IMG/VR virus record: IMGVR_UViG_3300020429_000539
Coordinates: 172,263-236,262 of that record
Direction: 5' to 3' (one strand)
From: a virus
Lineage: Duplodnaviria; Heunggongvirae; Uroviricota; Caudoviricetes
Length of the DNA: 64,000 bases
In this document: positions 35,196 to 42,387 of the stretch, piece after piece
Layout of the letters: each line of letters begins with the position of its first letter
Position numbering within the stretch: the first letter of the stretch is position 1
Translations under genes and position numbers: made by a program
The notes under the pieces: generated by a model
The model's database searches: none
What the model saw: the letters and a program-made list of their open reading frames with translations, nothing else
Told to the model about the DNA's origin: nothing

Positions 35196-35375
35196 ATGAG
35201 CAACACGAAGCAAACCAAGACCGATGGACCGACTCTTTGCTGCCCGTTTGGGCGCACGCCCGGCTACCCCTGCCGCATCTGTCGAGGCTCAGCCGTAACA
35301 GCCTACAACGGCATGAGCCGCGAGGAGCGCGACAAGCGTGACGCGCAAGCCCGATTCTCACAGTCCTGCAAGTAA
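35196..35375 (+). CDS. small Cys-containing protein
   Basis: ATG 25 nt after CCACATA 35164. Confidence 0.7.
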   Translation: MSNTKQTKTDGPTLCCPFGRTPGYPCRICRGSAVTAYNGMSREERDKRDAQARFSQSCK

Positions 35376-35459
35376 CCCCGAAAGGGGAACGACGCGAAAG
35401 ATGGGTGCAAGGCCACATAGGTTAGTTGTCCGCTCTCGTGCGATGAAAGGACAGCAACC

Positions 35460-35819
35460 ATGAAGACCCTGAAACTGAAAGACTTTCCGACTCTCGCGGC
35501 CCAAGTCAAGCGGTGGGTGCCCGGCTACCGTAAGCACAGCGTTATGGTGGCGGTCGCCGAGCGCGAAACCCCGTTCGGGTGGTGGTGGGACGAGGGCAGC
35601 AAGAGCGACTATGCTACGGCCCGCATCGGCGGCAGCGGCACGACTCCCTGGTACCCTCCGCAATACCCCGAGACGAAGGCCCAGCCGATTCCGACCGGCG
35701 GCGAGACTGTCGTGGTCGAGACCGGGGTATTCTGCGGCAAGCCCGCGACGATGCAACTCACCATCCACCCCAACGACCTCGCCCGCCTGGGCCTGAGCCC
35801 CGAGGACACGAAGCGATAA
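35460..35819 (+). CDS. hypothetical protein
   Basis: cassette gene, SD GAAAGGA. Confidence 0.8.
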   Translation: MKTLKLKDFPTLAAQVKRWVPGYRKHSVMVAVAERETPFGWWWDEGSKSDYATARIGGSGTTPWYPPQYPETKAQPIPTGGETVVVETGVFCGKPATMQLTIHPNDLARLGLSPEDTKR

Positions 35820-35914
35820 GCAAGGAGACCCCCGAAAGGGGGATATCATAGAAAAGATGGGTGCTAACGCACATAGGTTAGTTTGTTCGTGCCGAGGAAT
35901 GAAAGGAGCCAACA

Positions 35915-36124
35915 ATGGCATGGAACAAACTCCCCAAGTCTCGACCCGCGAAGCCCAAGCTCGACAAGTTTGACCTCGAAGCCGAGGCCGAGGGCAACGC
36001 AATCCGCACCGGCCCCACCGTCATCGGGCCCGTGGGCAAGCGCATCGCCCGCACGCGACGCGAACACGACCGAGGCAACGCCATCGCCGAGCGCGCCGCC
36101 ACCCGCCACATCCAAGTTGCCTAA
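35915..36124 (+). CDS. small basic protein
   Basis: cassette gene, SD GAAAGGAG. Confidence 0.75.
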   Translation: MAWNKLPKSRPAKPKLDKFDLEAEAEGNAIRTGPTVIGPVGKRIARTRREHDRGNAIAERAATRHIQVA

Positions 36125-36221
36125 TCGGGCACCCTCCCCAAGAGGGAGGCGTCGCATAAAAGATGGGTGCTAGAACACATAGGTTAGTTTCCTTTGCCCG
36201 TGGGTTGAAAGGAAGCCAACC

Positions 36222-36470
36222 ATGACCGAAATCGCTTACCCCCGTCGAACGCTCCAGAGTCTTTCACCGTTCCGCGAAATCATCGCCGTGGAGCCCCACA
36301 TGACGGCCATCCCCGCGTACTCGGACAAGCCGACCATGACGCTCGACGAAATGCGGACGCACGCCAAGAAGAATGGCGGAGGCACGATCATGCAGCAAGA
36401 TGATTCGATGCTCCCGCCGTTCGTGCTGACCAAGTACGACGCCGAGGGCAATGTCGCCAGCGTTTCCTAA
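36222..36470 (+). CDS. hypothetical protein
   Basis: cassette gene. Confidence 0.75.
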   Translation: MTEIAYPRRTLQSLSPFREIIAVEPHMTAIPAYSDKPTMTLDEMRTHAKKNGGGTIMQQDDSMLPPFVLTKYDAEGNVASVS

Positions 36471-36639
36471 ACTACCAGGCACCTCCCCTTGAGAAAGGGA
36501 GGATGCCTCGCAAAAGATGGGTGCTAAGTTATCAACCGCTATCAATCTTTATCCCACATAGGATAAGTCTTTGATATCGTGGGACAGTTGAGCGAGTTGC
36601 TCAAGTCAGAAACGGAAACCCTTTTTCAAGGAGATTCAT

Positions 36640-36858
36640 ATGTCCGCCAACAGCATCGAGATCGCCCTGCTCCACCCCCGCGCCGCCAAGCCCCTCGGCA
36701 AGATCAACCGCGTGCCGACCGTGGCCAGCGACGGCTCGATGACCGTCAACTACAAGGGCCGCAAGTTCTCGGTCCTCAACCTCGACGGCAAGAGCGTCCT
36801 GTACGTCAACCGCCCGCTCGGCTCCGAATACAAACAGCGCGAGGCCGTGGCCGCGTGA
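36640..36858 (+). CDS. hypothetical protein
   Basis: SD AAGGAG, terminator after. Confidence 0.75.
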   Translation: MSANSIEIALLHPRAAKPLGKINRVPTVASDGSMTVNYKGRKFSVLNLDGKSVLYVNRPLGSEYKQREAVAA

Positions 36859-36988
36859 CCACACAGCAAACCGTCCCCTCCCGGTGTTTGGACTCCGCCG
36901 GGAGGGGCGGTTTTTCCGCGCACAGAAGATGGGTGCTAACGCACATACGATGAACTCCGCCGCCCGTGGGTTGAAAGGAAACAAACCC

Positions 36989-37255
36989 ATGAACATCGGA
37001 AACCTCATCGTTCAGACCATCGACCGCTCGCGCCTCTGCATCGACGGCGAGATCGACACGGGCGAGAACAACGGTTCGGGCGAAATCATCGTCCGCGCAA
37101 CAGGCGCGACGCCCATCACGGCCCGCTCATTCCAGTTTACGGGCGTGACCGTCGAGACAAGCGGCGACTACGCCACATGGAGCGAGGACAACCTTAAGGA
37201 CGAGGCCGCGCAGATGCTCGCCCGCGACTACACCGAAGAAGTGGACGAGGACTAA
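36989..37255 (+). CDS. hypothetical protein
   Basis: cassette gene. Confidence 0.75.
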   Translation: MNIGNLIVQTIDRSRLCIDGEIDTGENNGSGEIIVRATGATPITARSFQFTGVTVETSGDYATWSEDNLKDEAAQMLARDYTEEVDED

Positions 37256-37304
37256 CCCACATAGGTTAGTTTCAGGCACCCGTGGGTTGAAAGGAACCCA
37301 AGCC

Positions 37305-37532
37305 ATGACCGAAACCAAGAATGAAACCGTCTACGATGCCCTGAAGAACGCGGGCTGCAAGTTGGACAATCACGAATCGGACCTCTATGTAGAGGACACC
37401 GCGACGGCCCGCGAGATCATCGCCCGATTCGACCTCAAGGCCAAGCCGTTCCGAAGCCAGATCGACCAGGCCATGTGGCTCGAACTCCCCTTCATGCACC
37501 AGCCGTTCTGGGACCGCAAGGCGAGGGGATAA
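37305..37532 (+). CDS. hypothetical protein (DNHESDLYV motif)
   Basis: cassette gene. Confidence 0.75.
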   Translation: MTETKNETVYDALKNAGCKLDNHESDLYVEDTATAREIIARFDLKAKPFRSQIDQAMWLELPFMHQPFWDRKARG

Positions 37533-37685
37533 CGGACCTTTCAGACCGCTGACCCGCCCGAGCGCAACCGCGAGGCGTTCCACCCCGAGACGCCTGGCGG
37601 GCGCGGTCTTTAATATCGCACAGAAGATGGGTGCATGAACACATAGCATAGTCCGCCATCCCCGAGCGATGAAAGGAAGCAAACC

Positions 37686-37886
37686 ATGAGCGACCCACGC
37701 ACGACCCCCGAGCAGCCCTTCGATGACTTCGACACGCAGAGGCAGGTGGAAGAAGAGTATCCCGACCCGCCCTATGATGGCGCGGACGAGGACGGGCTCA
37801 CGGACGTTGAAGCCGACGCCATGACCCTCCGCGACTGCGGCATGGGCACGGACGAGGACTATGGCTTCGCGGCGGACATTATCTAA
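37686..37886 (+). CDS. small acidic protein
   Basis: cassette gene. Confidence 0.75.
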   Translation: MSDPRTTPEQPFDDFDTQRQVEEEYPDPPYDGADEDGLTDVEADAMTLRDCGMGTDEDYGFAADII

Positions 37887-37981
37887 CCTCAACACCCCGC
37901 AAGGGGGGCAGCATAGAAAAGATGGGTGCCTGACCACATACGAAATACTGCCAGTCCCGAGCGATGAAAGGAACCCAAGCC

Positions 37982-38260
37982 ATGAACATCAAGCCCGTAG
38001 CCAAGCGATTCTATGATGACCTCATGCTCGACTCGATGCCGTCGTCGCTCGCCGTTCTCGTGGACTTCGGATTCAATCACGCCCACCCGCAGAAGCGGCT
38101 TTATGAGGCCTATCAGAAGGGAGCCCGCGCGGGCACCTTCACGCTCGAAGAAATGAGCGAAGCCGTTGGCGACGGTCCCGCCCTGACCCGACTCATTCAG
38201 CGCGTCGATTCGTCCCTCGAAGTTGTGACCGACTACGACTTCCTGGACGAGCCGATGTAA
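37982..38260 (+). CDS. hypothetical protein
   Basis: cassette gene. Confidence 0.75.
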   Translation: MNIKPVAKRFYDDLMLDSMPSSLAVLVDFGFNHAHPQKRLYEAYQKGARAGTFTLEEMSEAVGDGPALTRLIQRVDSSLEVVTDYDFLDEPM

Positions 38261-38374
38261 ACCACCCAAGCCCCCTCCACCGAGAGGGGAGCGGTCATAT
38301 AAAAGATGGGTGCATAACTCACATTCCCACATACAAACTTTTCCGCGCGCCGAGAAATGAAAGGACGCGGAACT

Positions 38375-38737
38375 ATGAAAGCCTCAGAACTCGAAAAGCA
38401 ACTGCCGCCCATCGCCCGTGGGCTCTACAACCTGAAACGGTGCTTTGGCTCGAACGCTACCATCGGCATCGTGCTAGGACCCGGCTGTAGGACCGGCCAC
38501 TATCGAACCCTCGCCGAACTTGAGGACGCGGGCCACATCCCACCAGGCTACAGGCACCTAGACCCGTATCTGGCAGCCGTTCCGACCGTCTACACATGCA
38601 CGACGGAAGAAGTCGAACTCATCCCCAGCCGCAACCCAGAAGGCCCAGAGTGCCCGTGGGTCGAGGCAAACCGCAGAGCAGCGGAAGCCCGCGCACGAGT
38701 CGCCCGCAAGCGAGAAATCGCCCGCCTCAACACATAG
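38375..38737 (+). CDS. hypothetical protein
   Basis: cassette gene. Confidence 0.75.
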   Translation: MKASELEKQLPPIARGLYNLKRCFGSNATIGIVLGPGCRTGHYRTLAELEDAGHIPPGYRHLDPYLAAVPTVYTCTTEEVELIPSRNPEGPECPWVEANRRAAEARARVARKREIARLNT

Positions 38738-38777
38738 GATAATCTCACGCGCCCGAGGCATGAAAGGACGGGCAACT

Positions 38778-39236
38778 ATGACCGAGGCAGAAACCAAAAT
38801 CCTCCCCAACCCCTCAATCGTGCAAATCAGAGAGGACTTCAGCCGCGAATGGCTGCGCACGAACCGAATCGACCGCGTGATGGGGCAGTACGCCTACGAT
38901 GCTGCAAAGCAGGTCCACTGCTGCGAAATCACGCCGAGTTATGAACTCACCTTCATCCGATACGAGGCCGTCTACGCCGAGGGATACGAGCCCGACGACG
39001 AGACCCGCGAGCATATCGAGGTCGAACTGACCGAGGCCAGCGCAATCGACCAGGGCGTCATCTATATCCACTGCCGCTCGGTCGATGCAATCGCCGAGGT
39101 CGCCGAACTGTCAGACATCCCAACGGGCGAGCCGTGGCGCATGGCTTGGAATAAGGAGGACGAGAGGCACGACCGCGACGACTCGGACGAGCAGGTCGAA
39201 GAGGTCCGCGAATACTTCAACTGCAATCACCACTGA
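38778..39236 (+). CDS. hypothetical protein
   Basis: cassette gene. Confidence 0.75.
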   Translation: MTEAETKILPNPSIVQIREDFSREWLRTNRIDRVMGQYAYDAAKQVHCCEITPSYELTFIRYEAVYAEGYEPDDETREHIEVELTEASAIDQGVIYIHCRSVDAIAEVAELSDIPTGEPWRMAWNKEDERHDRDDSDEQVEEVREYFNCNHH

Positions 39237-39336
39237 CCAACCCCTCCCCCTTGAGAAAGGGGAGGCCACGCACAGAAGATGGGTGCTAGAACACATACGA
39301 TATCTTTCCGCGCACGAGACGAGAAGGGAGCCGACA

Positions 39337-39588
39337 ATGAGAATCACGATCGATACCGACGAGTCATACGCCCCAGGCTGCTTCCTGCTCTGCCAGGTCG
39401 ATGACTCGGACAACTGGGATACGCGCGACGAATCGCGTACCATCCTCGTCCAGCGAGATACAGACTTTCCCGCGATGGCCCGAAACTTCGGCTGGACCGG
39501 CGAGGACTCGGATATCGAGCAAGCCGTGGACTATCTTCACGATACCGCGTGCGGAGAGATCATCGACGACCCCGGCTATTTCAACTGA
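39337..39588 (+). CDS. hypothetical protein
   Basis: SD GAAGGGAG. Confidence 0.75.
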   Translation: MRITIDTDESYAPGCFLLCQVDDSDNWDTRDESRTILVQRDTDFPAMARNFGWTGEDSDIEQAVDYLHDTACGEIIDDPGYFN

Positions 39589-39635
39589 CCCACATAGGTT
39601 AGTTTCTGCCGCCCGTGGCATGAAAGGAGTCAACA

Positions 39636-39833
39636 ATGACTTGGGAAGAATTCGTCAAGGCGTGCAACAAGGCCGTGGAGCGCAAGATCGGGATGCATCG
39701 GGACGACCTCCCCGATACCATCGACCTGGCGGACTACTGGGACGAGTCAATGAGCCGCGAGGACTGCGAGCGCGCCGCCAAGGAATTCGCCGACGACCTC
39801 GTGAGCGAGCAAATGGAAGAAATGGGATTCTGA
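39636..39833 (+). CDS. small acidic protein
   Basis: SD GAAAGGAG. Confidence 0.75.
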   Translation: MTWEEFVKACNKAVERKIGMHRDDLPDTIDLADYWDESMSREDCERAAKEFADDLVSEQMEEMGF

Positions 39834-39936
39834 ACGGAGCCCCCGAAAGGGGGATATCATGCAAAAGATGGGTGCTACTCGCTCTCGCTCCCACATAGTT
39901 TATCATTCGCCGCCCGTGGGTCGAAAGGAGCAAACA

Positions 39937-40404
39937 ATGCTTAGCCACCTGACCCGCCTCATCGGAATCGTCAACGCCTGCAACGCCGCTCTCGCGAACC
40001 TCTCCGACCCCCGCAGCCTTGCCGAGGTTGCCACGATGAAGCAAACCGCCGAGATCCTGATGTCCTCGCTCGCGACCGATGACCCCAACCGCGACGCGAC
40101 GCTCGAACTCGTCTGGGCCAGCCCGCTCAACTTCGCCCTCGCCTGCCAGGTCGTCAACGAGAACCCCGCCGAGGATGTCGAGACGACGCTCTACCTCATC
40201 GCCGAACGCTGCTACCTTGTCGCCGATGCGACCGAGACGGGCACCCGCGAGACCGTGATGCACGAGCCGCACCCGATGGATCGCAAGGTCTCGCTCGCCG
40301 CCAGCATCCGCCGTGGGGCGTGGGGACCGTTCCACCGCCAGCAGAAGTACCCGAGCAAGCCCAGGGGCTCGACGCTCAGCGACAAGCGCAAGGCCGTGGC
40401 CTAA
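39937..40404 (+). CDS. hypothetical protein
   Basis: last cassette gene, SD GAAAGGAG. Confidence 0.8.
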   Translation: MLSHLTRLIGIVNACNAALANLSDPRSLAEVATMKQTAEILMSSLATDDPNRDATLELVWASPLNFALACQVVNENPAEDVETTLYLIAERCYLVADATETGTRETVMHEPHPMDRKVSLAASIRRGAWGPFHRQQKYPSKPRGSTLSDKRKAVA

Positions 40405-40654
40405 CTAACCACCTCACAGCACACACGAACTAACTAGCCCCTAACTTAGGGGTTATGTTAGCTTAACTAATATGCACGCCACCTAACATATGGTAGGCTG
40501 TATAGAAGATGGGTGCAAAACTGTTTTGGGGTAGCCCCCACCATACTCCCCATTTTCCTAAAACTAAGGTATCCATATTGGGGGTATGGGTTCCCTTTTG
40601 GTATATCTACCCTTTTTATGGAGGAGCTAAAACGCTTTTGGAACATTAGGAGAT

Positions 40655-41083
40655 ATGCCCACAAACGACCCAGAAAAACAGAAGCAATATAGGCGAGAAT
40701 ACTACCATCGTAATAAAGACAGGATTCTCAAAGAGCTAAAAGAGCAGCGTATCCGCGACAATGGTGGCGAATATAGAAAACCTGGCAGACCCAAAATAAA
40801 TGAAGAAGCTAAGCGTGCCGCGCGGAGAAGGTATAAAAAGCGGATAAGAGATGAGGCTTTATACTATATAGATGAATACAAAAAGCAACATCCGTGCATT
40901 CGGTGTGGTGAGACCCATGTAGGATGCTTACAGTTTCACCATACAGACCCTAATGCCAAAGAAGGCAACGTATCAGCCCTAGTTAAGAAAGGTATCAAGG
41001 CTGTCAAAGAAGAGATAAAGAAGTGCGATGTGCTTTGCGCAAACTGCCATATGAAACTACATTACGAGGAACGTCAGGCCTAG
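40655..41083 (+). CDS. HNH endonuclease
   Basis: CIRCG...LQFHHTDP...KCDVLCANCHMKLH. Confidence 0.85.
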   Translation: MPTNDPEKQKQYRREYYHRNKDRILKELKEQRIRDNGGEYRKPGRPKINEEAKRAARRRYKKRIRDEALYYIDEYKKQHPCIRCGETHVGCLQFHHTDPNAKEGNVSALVKKGIKAVKEEIKKCDVLCANCHMKLHYEERQA

Positions 41084-41382
41084 GCGGGCCATACTCCCCA
41101 TTAAACATATAGGGACTCCCATCGCTCCAGGGGATACCTTAGAGGCATCTCCTCGACGCTTTCTTCGAGAACGAGACCCCCACCCCCATAAAAACGCATA
41201 GGGACTCCTAGGCAAAATAAACCGCGCGAGGCCCGGAAAATTCCGGACACAAAAAATCGCGCAGAACAATCGATATCCTAGCGGTATTGCCGCTGACTGC
41301 ATCCCACTGCACGAAGCGGCGATGAATTCGCGCAAAAGAGAGTGAACTAATAGTATGGCTTCATCGCATTGGGCGATACGAA

Positions 41383-41958
41383 GTGCATAGCAACGCCGAT
41401 GGTGGCGTATGCAGCGAATGGAAGAACGAGATGGATAAAACCGCAGAAGAAATCATCAAGGGCAACGCCTGCTTCAAGACAGCATGGCGAATATTGAACC
41501 ACCCCGCCGTCAACGAGCATGGCTTCGCCGAGCTTCACGGAGCAAGAGGGCAGGCCTCTCGCGACATACGGAATAAATATGGCACGACCGAGATGTGCTT
41601 CGGAATGGCCGTCTGGTATCTCAATAAGCTCGGATACGTTGAGCGAGAAAGCAGCAAAAACTCGCGATACCGCCGCACTCGCCTTGGAACAGATGTATTG
41701 AATAACCTACAAAAGTTTGCGCACGAAATAAGAGAGCAGCAGCGAAGCTGCCAAAGCAGGTCAAAAAAGAAAAAAGAAGAGCAAGAGCGTCGCGAGAGGA
41801 CGCTGTTTCTCGAAAACGAGCAGACCCGTACCGTGGTCCCGCAGCCTTTGCAGCAGACACAGCCCGCTCAGAACGGATACACGAAAGATGAACTCATGAC
41901 CCTCGCTATCGAATCAAAAAGCTTCGAAGCCGTACAGTTCGTGCATTCGCTTTCCTAA
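41383..41958 (+). CDS. hypothetical protein, possible winged helix + coiled coil
   Basis: MAVWYLNKLGYVERES..RYRRTRLG; start uncertain. Confidence 0.6.
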   Translation: MHSNADGGVCSEWKNEMDKTAEEIIKGNACFKTAWRILNHPAVNEHGFAELHGARGQASRDIRNKYGTTEMCFGMAVWYLNKLGYVERESSKNSRYRRTRLGTDVLNNLQKFAHEIREQQRSCQSRSKKKKEEQERRERTLFLENEQTRTVVPQPLQQTQPAQNGYTKDELMTLAIESKSFEAVQFVHSLS

Positions 41959-42387
41959 ATACGAAAGGCTAAGCAATAACCCCCAAAGCTAGGCACTATT
42001 TACAATACCAAACACCCACCAACAAACACGGCCCGTCGAGGCCGTGTTTTTATGTTAGCTGTTTGTCCAGTTGCAGCTACGTGTAACTTATACAATAGCT
42101 AACCGATACCTAACTGCATCTGGTGAACGGTTATAAGGTGGTTTATAATAAACTATAAGACGTACAACGCCTAACAGCTAGCAAATAGTTGAGCCGTTGC
42201 AGCGGTTCTTGCATGCAAGCATTGGAACAAAAAAGCGCAAGACGGGTTGCTAAGTTAGTTTTGTTTACTAAAACCTTACGGTATACACACCCAAACACAG
42301 ATAATACAAACGCATATAAGAGGAGAATGGGCTATCACGAAGAAAAACATAAGCGTATCGCTCGACATCAGCTTCTAGGAGAAGAAC

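Larger units (their letters stand above)
4484..40516 (+). repeat. dispersed polar repeat AGATGGGTGC (31 copies found, all + strand)
   Basis: Starts at ~4484,11139,17252,18147,18900,20459,22802,25305,27084,28113,28807,29858,30372,31183,31971,32444,33019,33542,34205,34863,35399,35855,36161,36515,36927,37625,37920,38304,39277,39866,40507. Confidence 0.9.

Noticed and set aside
33733-38778. MKGRQTM/MKGTQAM-type N-terminal peptides in the ORF track as a shared protein leader
   Set aside because: They are the translation of the ATGAAAGGA... RBS module; the predicted transcript starts at the G, so the second ATG is the real start
137-39900. CCACATA as a sigma32- or sigmaE/K-type -10 box (CATANNNT)
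   Set aside because: The fixed 25-nt spacing with Y/R at the boundary, and structured RNA or SD starts at +26, place the motif near -32..-26; T at the CATANNNT position is inconsistent
27030-40516. CRISPR array or integron (attC) interpretation of the repeated modules
   Set aside because: Repeats are separated by 300-1000-bp protein-coding genes of variable length; no cas or integrase gene in the window; no RYYYAAC/GTTRRRY attC ends seen
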